Below the pieces are notes generated by a model, which searched no databases, had not been told where the DNA came from, and worked only from the letters and a program-made list of their open reading frames with translations. 64,000 nucleotides of DNA from NCBI GenBank assembly GCA_963758295.1, contig CAVWUU010000004.1:704001-768000 (forward strand). The letters run 5' to 3'. This DNA comes from Candidatus Eremiobacteria bacterium. GTDB taxonomy: Bacteria > Vulcanimicrobiota > Vulcanimicrobiia > Vulcanimicrobiales > Vulcanimicrobiaceae. A program made the position numbers and the translations under genes. Positions 50,427 to 59,935 of this stretch are shown here, piece by piece (position 1 is the first letter of the stretch; each line of letters starts with the position of its first letter).

Positions 50427-52478
50427 ATGCACTTTACGAAATCGACCGCGCTGCGTTTTGCAGCCGTGGTCGCTGCCGTTACGTTGCTCTTTACTGACGG
50501 TACCGTTCGTGCCGCGGTCAGTAAAGCGACGAGCGGCATCGACCTCAGTTCCTTCGATCGCACGTGTAAACCGTGCACGGACTTCTATCAATTCGCCAAC
50601 GGCGGATGGCTCAAGAAAACCCCGATTCCAAGCGCGTACCCCTCGTGGGGCTCGTTCAACATCCTCGCGGACCACAACAACGACGTCCTTCATTCGTTAT
50701 TGAATCAAGCATCGGAAGCTAACGCCGCTGCAGGCAGCAACGAACAGAAGATCGGCGACTACTATTCCAGCTGCATGGATACCGCGCAAATCGAGAAAGC
50801 GGGAACTGCTCCGCTCGATCCGCTCATGCAGTCGATCGACAAACTCTCCAGCACCAAAGATCTCGCACCGCTCGTTGCGTCGCTGCAGATGGACGGCGTC
50901 GACGCGTTCTTCGGTTTCGGCTCGGGCGCCGATTTCAAGAACAGCTCGCTGAACATCGCGCAACTCGGACAATCCGGTCTGGGCATGCCGGATCGCGACT
51001 ACTATCTGAAGACAGACGCGAAGAGCAAGGCGATCCAACAAGCCTACGTCGGACACGTGACGCAGATGTTCACGCTGCTCGGCGAGTCGCAACCTCAAGC
51101 GGCCGCGGATGCGCAAACCGTCATGGACATGGAAACGACGATGGCGAAAGCGCAAAAATCGCGAGTTGAAGATCGCGACCCGCAAGCGGTGTACAACAAG
51201 ACCGATCTCGCCGGCGTACAAAAGATGACGCCGAACTTCGACTGGGCATCGTTCATGCAAACCTCCGGCGTCCAGCCGGCGGCTATCAATGTTGCGCAGC
51301 CGACGTACTTTGCGGCGTTGAACACGGATTTCGCAACGTGGACGCCCACGCAAATCAAGACGTACTTGCGCTGGCAGACGATCCACGCGTTCGCGCGCAC
51401 GCTTCCCCAGCGTTTCGTAGACGCGAACTTCGATTTCTACTCCAAGACGCTTTCCGGAACGACGACCCAACTCGATCGCTGGAAGCGTTGCGTTCGCGCA
51501 ACGGACGGCGCTCTCGGCGAAGCGCTCGGTCAAGCCTACGTGCAAAAAGAGTTCCCAGCCGCCGCCAAAGCGCGCGCGCTCGAACTCGTGAAGTACGTAA
51601 AGGGAACGCTACGTGAAGACATCCCGACGCTCTCGTGGATGTCGCCGGCCACAAAATCGAAGGCGGTTGAAAAACTCGACGCGTTCGGCATCAAAATCGG
51701 CTACCCGGACAAGTGGCGCGACTACAGCTCGCTTGCGGTTAGCAAAGGCCCGTACGTTTCGAACGTTATGGCCGCGAATGTCTACGCGACGAAGTACGAT
51801 TTCGCAAAGATCGGCAAGCCCGTCGATCTCTCGGAGTGGGAAATGACGCCGCCGACGGTCAACGCCTACTACGACCCAACGCAGAATAACATCAACTTCC
51901 CCGCAGGCATCCTGCAGCCGCCGTTCTTTGACGCAAAAGCCGATATGGCGGTGAACTTCGGCGCCATCGGCGCCGTTATCGGACACGAATCGACGCACGG
52001 CTTCGACGATCAAGGCCGTCAGTTCGACAAGGCCGGAAACCTGACCGATTGGTGGACGGCAAGCGATGCAGCAAACTTCACGAAGCGCTCTAACTGCATC
52101 GTGAACCAGTTCGACGCCTTGCAGCCGGTGCCGGGCGTGCACGAGCAAGGCAAACTCGTCGAAGGCGAAGCGATCGCCGATCTCGGCGGTTTGACGATCG
52201 CCTACAAAGCGTTCGAAAAATGGCAGGCTTCACATCCGCGTCAGGTACTCGACGGCTTCACGCCGGAACAGCGCTTCTTCATCGGTTGGGCGCGCGTTTG
52301 GGCCAGCAACGAACGTCCGCAGTACGCATCGATGCTTGCAACCGTCGATCCGCATCCGTACGACAAGTTCCGCGTGAATGCGACGCTGTCGAACATGCCG
52401 GAATTCGCCAAGGCATGGGGCTGCAAACTTCCCGACGCAATGGTTCGCACGGCGAAAGATCGCTGCCAGATTTGGTAA
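50427..52478 (+). CDS. M13 family metallopeptidase (PepO/neprilysin-like), secreted
   Basis: 'PCTDFYQFANGGW', 'VNAYY', 'GHESTHGFD', 'EAIADLGG'. Confidence 0.95.
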   Translation: MHFTKSTALRFAAVVAAVTLLFTDGTVRAAVSKATSGIDLSSFDRTCKPCTDFYQFANGGWLKKTPIPSAYPSWGSFNILADHNNDVLHSLLNQASEANAAAGSNEQKIGDYYSSCMDTAQIEKAGTAPLDPLMQSIDKLSSTKDLAPLVASLQMDGVDAFFGFGSGADFKNSSLNIAQLGQSGLGMPDRDYYLKTDAKSKAIQQAYVGHVTQMFTLLGESQPQAAADAQTVMDMETTMAKAQKSRVEDRDPQAVYNKTDLAGVQKMTPNFDWASFMQTSGVQPAAINVAQPTYFAALNTDFATWTPTQIKTYLRWQTIHAFARTLPQRFVDANFDFYSKTLSGTTTQLDRWKRCVRATDGALGEALGQAYVQKEFPAAAKARALELVKYVKGTLREDIPTLSWMSPATKSKAVEKLDAFGIKIGYPDKWRDYSSLAVSKGPYVSNVMAANVYATKYDFAKIGKPVDLSEWEMTPPTVNAYYDPTQNNINFPAGILQPPFFDAKADMAVNFGAIGAVIGHESTHGFDDQGRQFDKAGNLTDWWTASDAANFTKRSNCIVNQFDALQPVPGVHEQGKLVEGEAIADLGGLTIAYKAFEKWQASHPRQVLDGFTPEQRFFIGWARVWASNERPQYASMLATVDPHPYDKFRVNATLSNMPEFAKAWGCKLPDAMVRTAKDRCQIW

Positions 52479-52496
52479 CGATCGCGATCGAGCGAT

Positions 52497-52531
52497 AAAA
52501 AAGGCTCCGCATATGCGGAGCCTTTTCTTTT
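52497..52531. terminator. Bidirectional terminator
   Basis: aaaaaaggctccgca-ta-tgcggagccttttcttt. Confidence 0.85.
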
Positions 52532-52532
52532 G

Positions 52533-53813
52533 TTATTCCGGGACCGGCGCTACGTCGCCTAGCTGGGCTTCTTCGAGGACTTCACCGGTGGGCACACGTT
52601 CGTGAACGTCGTCGGCACGATTCGTAACTCGGACAGCTACGATCATCGATGCGCCCAGTAACACGGCGCCGATGATCCAGGCGGCACTCGGCATCCTCCA
52701 CCCATGCGTATTGGCGATCGAGTAAGCGAAGGCGCCCGTAAAAATCGGTGGTCCGACGATCATGCCGATGCTGCGCAGCATCTGAATTGCGCCCTGCAGC
52801 TCGCCTTGCTCGTTCTTTCCCACCCGGCGCGTCATTAGCGCTTGCGATGCCGATGAGGCAATCATCCACAACATGCTGACCGGGATAGCGATCCAGAACA
52901 GCAGCTGGTTTCCACCGTACAACAAAAAGCCCACCGTTCCGGCTGCGAGCCCGATTAGCAACGCCCGCCGCTCGCCGACCCGGTCCACCACCGGTTGGAT
53001 GACGAAGGCTGAAACAAGAATCGTGGCGACTCCCACGATAGCAAGCGAAATGCCGATCGTACGCATAGTCCAGGCGTACGCGAACATCGTGTAGAGCACG
53101 AAGAGTTGTGGCAACGCTTCATGTGCGATGTATCCGAGCGCGTTGACTGTTGCAAGTCCGGAAAGCTCGGGGTGGCGGCGCAGCATTCTCACCGAGCCGA
53201 GCGGGTTCGCGCGCTTCCAGGAAAACGCGTTGCGATGATCCCGGCCGAGCGACTCCGGAAGAACTAGCAAACCGTAGAAGAAGTTTGCCAAGCTCAATCC
53301 GCCGGCGACCCAGAAAGGCAACCGCGGATCGTGCGCGCCCAAAAAACCGCCGAGGGCCGGTCCAAGCACGAAACCAATGCCGAACGCCGCGCTGATCATG
53401 CCGATAGCGCCGGCGCGTTTGTCTTCCGGGGTTACATCGGCAACATACGCGCTTGCGACGATGATGCTTGCGGTGGTCGCGCCGGAAAGCACGCGCCCGA
53501 TGAAAAGCCACTGGAGATTCGGCGCAAGGGCGAGAATTGCGTAATCGATGCTTGTGCCGATGTTTGACAACAGGACCACCGGACGGCGTCCCACCTTGTC
53601 CGACCACGTGCCGAGTACGGGCGCGGCAAAGAATTGCACGATGGCAAAGATCGTTGCGAAAACGCCGCTGTAAAGCGATGCGTTGGCGTAATTGCCGTGC
53701 GCAAAGCTCAAGATCAGGGGCTGGAAAACCGGAATGATGATGCCCAAGGCGAGCATGTCGAGCAACACGGTTATAAAGATGAACGACATGGCCGCATTTC
53801 GCTTATTGAGCAT
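52533..53813 (-). CDS. TetA-like MFS (DHA1) efflux transporter
   Basis: 'DMLALGIIIPV', 'GTWSDKVGRRPV', 'GFVLGPALGG', 'EQGELQG'. Confidence 0.92.
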   Translation of the reverse strand: MLNKRNAAMSFIFITVLLDMLALGIIIPVFQPLILSFAHGNYANASLYSGVFATIFAIVQFFAAPVLGTWSDKVGRRPVVLLSNIGTSIDYAILALAPNLQWLFIGRVLSGATTASIIVASAYVADVTPEDKRAGAIGMISAAFGIGFVLGPALGGFLGAHDPRLPFWVAGGLSLANFFYGLLVLPESLGRDHRNAFSWKRANPLGSVRMLRRHPELSGLATVNALGYIAHEALPQLFVLYTMFAYAWTMRTIGISLAIVGVATILVSAFVIQPVVDRVGERRALLIGLAAGTVGFLLYGGNQLLFWIAIPVSMLWMIASSASQALMTRRVGKNEQGELQGAIQMLRSIGMIVGPPIFTGAFAYSIANTHGWRMPSAAWIIGAVLLGASMIVAVRVTNRADDVHERVPTGEVLEEAQLGDVAPVPE

Positions 53814-53836
53814 TACGTGGCTCCTATTTACGTTTG

Positions 53837-54403
53837 CTAAAAATCCGTGGAGCGAATCCAGATCTCAAAGGCACGATCGATGCGCTCCCGCTCGCGCGTC
53901 GCGCACAAATCCATCACTAATCCGCGAAAGCCGGCAAGAATCACGGTAGCATACGCATATGCGTCTTCTTGCGTGACGCCCGCTTCTAGGTAGGGATGGG
54001 CCAGGAAATCGAGCCAGTCCTTAACGGCCCCCTGCAAAAAGTTTCCGAAGCGTTTGCGATCCTGAAGCGCCATGCCGAAGACTTCGAAGAAAAACCGGAA
54101 CAACGCTTCGTTTTTCGGATCCCGAACGATGTGCCACACCGCGCGGCACGCCTCGGCCGGCGTTTCGAAATTCGCTTCGCGCAATCGTGCAAAACCGGCG
54201 AATTGCCGCGACCGCACGCCGGCGAGAATCTCTTCGATTAACGCCTCTTTCGATTTGAAGTAATACAGCAAAACGCGCGGGCTTATACCGACCGCCGCGC
54301 CCAACGGGCGTAACGACAAATCGGCAAGGCCATTGGCGAAGGCATAGTCCACGATCGAATCGAGGAGCTCGGCCCGCCGCTGCGCGTCAGCGGTACGGGT
54401 CAT
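53837..54403 (-). CDS. TetR/AcrR family regulator
   Basis: HTH 'LSLRPLGAAVGISPRVLLYYFKSKEAL'. Confidence 0.93.
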   Translation of the reverse strand: MTRTADAQRRAELLDSIVDYAFANGLADLSLRPLGAAVGISPRVLLYYFKSKEALIEEILAGVRSRQFAGFARLREANFETPAEACRAVWHIVRDPKNEALFRFFFEVFGMALQDRKRFGNFLQGAVKDWLDFLAHPYLEAGVTQEDAYAYATVILAGFRGLVMDLCATRERERIDRAFEIWIRSTDF

Positions 54404-54409
54404 GCCTGC

Positions 54410-54438
54410 AGTCTACCAAATTGAAACAGTCGTTTCAA
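54410..54438 (-). promoter_or_regulatory. Sigma-70 promoter (leaderless) with an overlapping palindromic operator
   Basis: TTGAAA-N17-TAGACT-N6-ATG; palindrome TTGAAAC-N4-GTTTCAA at 54421-54438. Confidence 0.75.
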
Positions 54439-54496
54439 GTATGTTTTAGCGACTTGAGCTTTCCCAGCCGGTCCCGAAGCGACTCATCGAAAAACG

Positions 54497-55012
54497 CTAC
54501 GTTTGCGACACGGGCAGGGGAGCGCGATCTAAAGCTTCATACTTTCGGTACACCGTGTAATAGGTCGTCGCGACGATCGCAATAGCGAAGACCAGCACGC
54601 CGTCTCCGACTACCGTCCCCAGTGGACTGTTCGCAGGAACGATGAAACGAATCAAGGCGCGCACGGCGAATGCACCGAGATAAATTGCCGCCGTCGCCCA
54701 CGAAGGGCCGAGTTGCATCACCCCATGACGGTCCGTTGCGCTGACCTGCATGTGATGGCCGCGTAACGTTCCGACGGGGATGCCGGCCGCAATTCCGAGC
54801 ATGACGGCGATTGCAATTTGCCATACCGGTGCCGGGAAGAGCCTCTCGGCCGAATAAATCGCGAAAGCGGCGACCAGCATAAGAATGCCGGCCATCACCC
54901 ACATGCGCGTTACACTAATACGCTGCGCCCGCGAAGAGCGAATTAATACCAAACCAACGATGACGATCCAAACAAGAAGCGTTCCGATAACATCCGATCC
55001 CGGTTGATTCAC
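54497..55012 (-). CDS. CcdC/DUF1453-like membrane protein
   Basis: About five TM segments, 'GIPVGTLRG', 'FAVRALIR'. Confidence 0.6.
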   Translation of the reverse strand: MNQPGSDVIGTLLVWIVIVGLVLIRSSRAQRISVTRMWVMAGILMLVAAFAIYSAERLFPAPVWQIAIAVMLGIAAGIPVGTLRGHHMQVSATDRHGVMQLGPSWATAAIYLGAFAVRALIRFIVPANSPLGTVVGDGVLVFAIAIVATTYYTVYRKYEALDRAPLPVSQT

Positions 55013-55186
55013 GCATCCCTCCGCAGAAAAGTCCGTTCGATTTGCTCGTCACTTCTGTTGCGAGCGCGCCGGCGCCCGCAAGAAAACGGAAGCTCGCTCG
55101 AGTGGTTCGCAGCGATTACTACTCCGTGTACGCAAATAAAAACGGGAGCGTTTTCACGCTCCCATTCATTTCGTCGAAACGAAGGA

Positions 55187-55558
55187 TTACTTGATCTCGA
55201 CCTTGGCGCCGGCTTCTTCGAGCTTCTTTTTGACGCTCTCGGCTTCGTCTTTGGTGACGCCTTCTTTGACGGCCTTGGGCGCGCTTTCAACGAACGCCTT
55301 GGCTTCGGTGAGGCCCAGGCTCGTGAGTTCGCGCACGGCCTTGATGACCTTGATCTTCTCCGCGCCCGCTTCCGCGAGGATCACGTCGAATTCGGTCTTC
55401 TCGGCAGCCGGAGCGGCTGCGCCGGCGGCCGGGCCGGCCATCATCGCAACCGGAGCGGCCGCGCTGACGCCGTACTTCTCTTCGAGCTGCTTGACGAGGT
55501 CCGCGAGCTCGAGAACGGTGAGTTTATCGATCTGGTCGATGAGTTCGGCAACTGCCAT
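55187..55558 (-). CDS. rplL: 50S ribosomal protein L7/L12
   Basis: 'EKTEFDVIL', 'KIKVIKAVR', '[11 protein letters not shown]'. Confidence 0.98.
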   Translation of the reverse strand: MAVAELIDQIDKLTVLELADLVKQLEEKYGVSAAAPVAMMAGPAAGAAAPAAEKTEFDVILAEAGAEKIKVIKAVRELTSLGLTEAKAFVESAPKAVKEGVTKDEAESVKKKLEEAGAKVEIK

Positions 55559-55576
55559 GATAATTCAGGATCTCCC

Positions 55577-56110
55577 TTAAGCGTTCGAACCCGCGGCATC
55601 TTTTTGCTCGCGGATCTGGTTGAGCACACGGACAAGGCCGCTCTGATTCCCCGAGAGCACGGTAACGAGACCGCGCAGGGGGCTTGCGAGCGAACCAACG
55701 AGTTTTGCAACGAGCTCGGATTTCGACGGCAACGACGCGAGGACGTTGACTTGCGCTGCATCGACGTACTTGCCGTCGACGTAGGCTGCCTTGATGCCGA
55801 GTTTCTTGCTGTCATCTGCGAACTTCTTAATCGCCTTCGCGGGAGCGACCGGATCGTTTCCAGCGAAAACGACACCGGTAGGACCGTGCAAATGCGATTC
55901 GAGCAACGCGGCGATGTCTTCGCCCGCTGCGCGTTTGAAAAGCGTGTTCTTGACGACTGCATACGTGCTGCCGTCTTTACGAAGCTCGCCGCGAAGTTTA
56001 GTAATCTCTTCGACGGAGAGGCCCGCAAAGTCGGTCAGGAACAAGTTTTGCGAACCGGCGAGCCGGTTGCGCAGTTCTTGTACCGCGGCTTCTTTACGTG
56101 CGGTTGGCAT
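55577..56110 (-). CDS. rplJ: 50S ribosomal protein L10
   Basis: 'GLSVEEITKLR', 'VVKNTL', 'LASLPSKSEL'. Confidence 0.98.
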   Translation of the reverse strand: MPTARKEAAVQELRNRLAGSQNLFLTDFAGLSVEEITKLRGELRKDGSTYAVVKNTLFKRAAGEDIAALLESHLHGPTGVVFAGNDPVAPAKAIKKFADDSKKLGIKAAYVDGKYVDAAQVNVLASLPSKSELVAKLVGSLASPLRGLVTVLSGNQSGLVRVLNQIREQKDAAGSNA

Positions 56111-56151
56111 GACGTTTAGTGTCGCTTTCGTTTACGAGTCCCTCAAGGGGA

Positions 56152-56360
56152 CTAAAAAAGCGCTCCATCCGTCCGGAGGGCGCTTAAGAAGATCCAAACG
56201 TCGTTTGCCACTTGCGGGCAATGACGAAAATCTCTTATTTACGCACCTCGGTAGAGTTTATGCTGACGCTCCAACTCGTGCGGCTGCTGACGCGCTCGCA
56301 CAAACGGTGGCGAAGCTTAAGATTAAGTCCTGGCGGACCTCTACGGTCTTCGGAGCCGTC
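56152..56360 (-). ncRNA. L10 leader with a downstream terminator hairpin
   Basis: ccgaagaccgtagag...ttaa...ctctaccgagg core; terminator gcgccctcc...ggagcgctttttt. Confidence 0.75.
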
Positions 56361-56443
56361 GCAGAGAATACCATAAGAGCGGGGTTCGACGCAAGGCCGA
56401 AAAGGGCCGAGGGCCTCGTTCTGCTGATGGCCAAGCGGGCATC

Positions 56444-57118
56444 ATGAGCTACGATCGCCGCACTTTCCTCGCTGGGGCAGGTCTCAGCCTCGCAACCTTA
56501 ACCGCCGCCGGCTTTCCCGTTGCCGGGGCGGCCGCCGAACCAAAAGGTCCCCTCGCGACGCTTCTTGACGGGAACGCCCGGTTCGTCGCCGACAAGGCCG
56601 CCTGTCCGCCCCTCACGGCCCGCCGCCTGGAGCTGGCGGAAGGCCAAAGCCCGTTCGCGATTATTCTCAGCTGCTCGGATTCGCGAGTCCCTGTCGAGAC
56701 GGTCTTCGATCAGATTCCCGGAAACATATTCGGCGTTCGACTCGCCGGAAATTTCGTCGACGACGCCGGCATGGGGTCGATCGAGTACTCAATCGCCGTT
56801 TTGAAATCGTCGCTAATCCTCGTGCTCGGTCATTCGCAATGCGGAGCCATAAAGGCCGCTCTCGAGTACGTAAAAAACGGAACGTCCCAACCCGGCAGCA
56901 TCCAAACGTTGGTGAAGGCTCTCGCTCCCGCAGCCAAGGCCACAAAGGGTTCACCAGGAGATTGGGCCACCAACGCCATCGAGCGCAACGTGCACGACAA
57001 TATGGCAGCGCTGACCGCGCGCTCGTCCATCGTTGCCGACGCAGTCAAAGCCGGATCGCTCAAGATCGCGGGCGGCGTCTACGATCTGCACTCCGGGAAG
57101 GTTTCGATCGTTCGTTAA
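56444..57118 (+). CDS. Beta-carbonic anhydrase with a Tat signal peptide
   Basis: 'DRRTFL' twin-Arg; 'CSDSRV', 'HSQCG'. Confidence 0.93.
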   Translation: MSYDRRTFLAGAGLSLATLTAAGFPVAGAAAEPKGPLATLLDGNARFVADKAACPPLTARRLELAEGQSPFAIILSCSDSRVPVETVFDQIPGNIFGVRLAGNFVDDAGMGSIEYSIAVLKSSLILVLGHSQCGAIKAALEYVKNGTSQPGSIQTLVKALAPAAKATKGSPGDWATNAIERNVHDNMAALTARSSIVADAVKAGSLKIAGGVYDLHSGKVSIVR

Positions 57119-57127
57119 CCTGAATGT

Positions 57128-57718
57128 GTGCGGGTGCCCATCGAAACCAATTCCGACATGCAACGCCTGCTCGACGGCAATCAGCGGTTCGTCGAAGGCC
57201 GCTCGCTCCTTCATGAAATGACCGCTTTCGGCGTGGAAGTTGCTGCCGGGCAAAAGCCGTTCGCCGTCGTGCTCGGGTGTTCCGATTCACGCGTTCCGAT
57301 CGAAACAATCTTCGATCAGGAGCCCGGGAACGTGTTCGTCGTGCGCGTCGCGGGCAATCTTGTCAACGACGACGGCTTGGGGTCGATGGAATATTCCTTT
57401 GAAATGCTCAAGTCGACGCTGATCTTGGTGTTGGGACATTCGGGTTGCGGCGCAGTCGCTGCGGCGATGCAGCAGGTCAACGACGGCTCGGAATTTCGAG
57501 GGCACATCGCGCGCCTCGTTTCTTCTATCGCTCCCGCAGCCGTAGCGACGCGCGGAGCCGCGGATCACTATCGCGCGGCGGTGGAAGAGAATGTGCGGCG
57601 CAACGCATCGGCAATCACGGAACGCTCTCCGATGTTGGCAAAGGCCGTTCGTGAAGGCTGCCTCGCGATTGCGGGGGCCGTTTACGATTTAAGTACCGGC
57701 AGAGTTACGCCGGTCTAA
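57128..57718 (+). CDS. Beta-carbonic anhydrase, cytoplasmic
   Basis: 'CSDSRV', 'RVAGN', 'HSGCG'. Confidence 0.93.
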   Translation: MRVPIETNSDMQRLLDGNQRFVEGRSLLHEMTAFGVEVAAGQKPFAVVLGCSDSRVPIETIFDQEPGNVFVVRVAGNLVNDDGLGSMEYSFEMLKSTLILVLGHSGCGAVAAAMQQVNDGSEFRGHIARLVSSIAPAAVATRGAADHYRAAVEENVRRNASAITERSPMLAKAVREGCLAIAGAVYDLSTGRVTPV

Positions 57719-57725
57719 GAGCACG

Positions 57726-58136
57726 TTACGGTCGAGGCAGCGTTGCGCCCATCGCCGTAGCGGCGCTGTCGGTGTCCTCAACGATCTGAAGGATTTTCTC
57801 GAGCCCGACAATTCTTAAAATGCGTCGGATCGGGCTATTCTGCGGGACGACGAGCGTGAAACGCGGTCCGAGCTCTTTAGAAGCGCGCACGAATACCGTG
57901 AGAATCGTCGAATCCAGATAGTTGCATGCGGTCAAATTGGCAGCGACCGCCGGTTCATGCTCCTGCGACGAAAGCTCGACAAGCATAGATTCGAGTTCTT
58001 GCGCGCACGCCAGATCCAAATCGCCGAAAACGTGGAGCACTTCCAAATCGTCGGAGTAGTCGCGCACGAAAACGTGCGTGGTTCCGCGATTCAAACGGGA
58101 CAACGTTTGTAAGGGGATGACCTTCGCTTCGTTCAT
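57726..58136 (-). CDS. STAS-domain protein (anti-sigma factor antagonist)
   Basis: 'GDLDL', 'YLDST', 'RILRIVGL'. Confidence 0.85.
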   Translation of the reverse strand: MNEAKVIPLQTLSRLNRGTTHVFVRDYSDDLEVLHVFGDLDLACAQELESMLVELSSQEHEPAVAANLTACNYLDSTILTVFVRASKELGPRFTLVVPQNSPIRRILRIVGLEKILQIVEDTDSAATAMGATLPRP

Positions 58137-58274
58137 GATGCGAGCTGCCTCCGGCTTTCAACGGTACCCTTCAACGCGATGACGTACAAGTTGTGATCCG
58201 CCTAAGGAATTGGCGCGTACAAAGCGGCATTCAGCCTTCCGTCATTGCGCGAGCGCTCGGGTTTCGAGGCGGGA

Positions 58275-58694
58275 TTACCGCGCCGCGAACGATCGCGCGG
58301 CGGCCATCAGCGCCGGCTGAATTTCAGCGAGCGGCTCAGTCCGCAACATAATGGCCGGAACCCGATCACCCAAATGCGGATTGCTCCCCTGGAACCAAGC
58401 GCGCGCAACGTTCGGATCCGCTGCGTTTGCGACCATCTGCGCTAACTGCAGCGTGAAACGCAGCACGTGAGGCCGTTGGGGCTCGCGCCCGGCCATCCAT
58501 TGCGCCACGGCGCGCGTTTCGCTTACATTGCCTATGGCAGCGACGGTGCCGGCACCTAGAATGTCGACCAGTTCCTGGACGACCCGATCCATCGGAATCG
58601 ACATTGCGTGATCGTGGGCCTCAAAATCACCCCGCTCGCCGCGTGGGCCGAGCGGACGGTCGCCGTTGCTTTCGTTAACTTCTTTCTTGAACAT
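58275..58694 (-). CDS. Xre/MbcA/ParS-like antitoxin-type protein
   Basis: HTH-like 'TVAAIGNVSETRAVAQW'; C-terminal 'ARAWFQGSNPHLGDRVP'. Confidence 0.65.
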   Translation of the reverse strand: MFKKEVNESNGDRPLGPRGERGDFEAHDHAMSIPMDRVVQELVDILGAGTVAAIGNVSETRAVAQWMAGREPQRPHVLRFTLQLAQMVANAADPNVARAWFQGSNPHLGDRVPAIMLRTEPLAEIQPALMAAARSFAAR

Positions 58695-58791
58695 ATCCCA
58701 GCCTAAATCACAGGTTAAATCCCTGATCATAATAAGGCTACAGCCGAAAAATCGCAAGCCTCCCGGGCCGTAAAGTTTATTCAGATCACTA

Positions 58792-58834
58792 AAGGCCAAG
58801 GCCCGGTCTCTTCTCTGAGACCGGGCCTTCGCCT
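58792..58834. terminator. Strong hairpin after the duplicated rplA 3' end
   Basis: aaggc-c-aaggcccggtctc-ttctct-gagaccgggcctt-c-gcctt. Confidence 0.7.
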
Positions 58835-58859
58835 TGCTAGCTAGCTGGGTGAGTGGGTC

Positions 58860-58901
58860 TTAAGCCGTCGTGCGGATCCGGTTCGGGTCGACCTTGACGC
58901 C
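58860..58901 (-). repeat. Duplicated rplA 3' end (att-like site)
   Basis: Encodes [13 protein letters not shown]; 23 bp (58879-58901) identical to 59955-59977 within rplA. Confidence 0.9.
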
Positions 58902-58964
58902 CCCGGCACCTTTCGCATATCTTGTCCTGCTCTTGGTCGTAGTGGCCGCCGCCGCAATCAGCGG

Positions 58965-59831
58965 CTACATTACATCGTTCGCGCTCCGCCGAGACACCGG
59001 GGACGCCGGCGATTGCGTCGCCCTGACGTGCGCATCCCACTGCGACCGTTCGAATAGATAGTCCGGCTCCTGCTGCGCCCAGGCGACATTAGAGAATGTG
59101 CCATCGGATACGGCCGCAAAGGTTCCGATCAGGAAATGAAGCTGCACGAACGAGTGCCATGACGTGATCAAACCGCGTTCATCGAGCGATGCGGTGTCGA
59201 TCGTCGGATACGGCGTTCCCTGACCGTCGTCCTGATAGAGCCGCGATGCAAAGGTCGCCTTGCAAAGACGATTGTCGGTGCGCCGCACCCACATCTCGCG
59301 CACGTTGTAACGCTGCGGATCGTGCAGAGGCCGCAAGCGCAGGTGCGCAACGTCCCCGCAGCCCTCGAGTGATTCATTTGCCACGAGGCTGACGTCGTAG
59401 CTGATGGCGGACCGGACGGTCGCGATCGTTTTGATGCCCTGCGGATCCGGAGTGTCGAACGTAGGTAGCACGCCCTGCGGCGCACTTTCATTGCGATACG
59501 GCAGAAAGGCGTCCGGAATGAGGTAATGCCGTCCGATCTTCACGTCGCGCAGCGAAAACATCGTTCCGGCGGTCACGCGATTCCACGAACGCCGGTCCGC
59601 GCGGCGCTCCACGACGTCTTCCGTCAGCGTTCCGAGAACGCGTCCCCTTCGAGAACCGGTCTGATCCATCACGTAGGCGATGTAGGGCCTCTGCGGCAGC
59701 GATGAAAGCCACGCGGCCGCCGCGCGATACCGGTCGGCGGCCGCGAGATCCGTCGGCTGCGCTCGCACCACGCTCGGCAGACAGGACGCAGCGGCAAGCA
59801 GAACCACGGCAATTGTTTTCACGACACTCAT
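58965..59831 (-). CDS. Hypothetical secreted protein (cargo between the rplA repeats)
   Basis: Signal peptide; beta-rich 'YDVSLV...HLRLRP...REMWV' resembling LolA/LolB-like folds (weak). Confidence 0.7.
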   Translation of the reverse strand: MSVVKTIAVVLLAAASCLPSVVRAQPTDLAAADRYRAAAAWLSSLPQRPYIAYVMDQTGSRRGRVLGTLTEDVVERRADRRSWNRVTAGTMFSLRDVKIGRHYLIPDAFLPYRNESAPQGVLPTFDTPDPQGIKTIATVRSAISYDVSLVANESLEGCGDVAHLRLRPLHDPQRYNVREMWVRRTDNRLCKATFASRLYQDDGQGTPYPTIDTASLDERGLITSWHSFVQLHFLIGTFAAVSDGTFSNVAWAQQEPDYLFERSQWDAHVRATQSPASPVSRRSANDVM

Positions 59832-59869
59832 ACGATGCCGGACTACTCGGTGTTTCGGCTTCGGAAACG

Positions 59870-59908
59870 AAAGCGGCCGGCTGCCATCAATGGCGCCGGC
59901 CGCTTTCA
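59870..59908 (-). terminator. Terminator after rplA
   Basis: gaaagcggccggc...gccggccgctttc. Confidence 0.7.
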
Positions 59909-59935
59909 GTTCTGCCGATTTCGCGGCTGCCCGCT

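Noticed and set aside
52533..54403. Acquired tetracycline resistance unit
   Set aside because: Generic DHA1 MFS with a co-directional TetR-family gene, no mobile context; substrate cannot be inferred.
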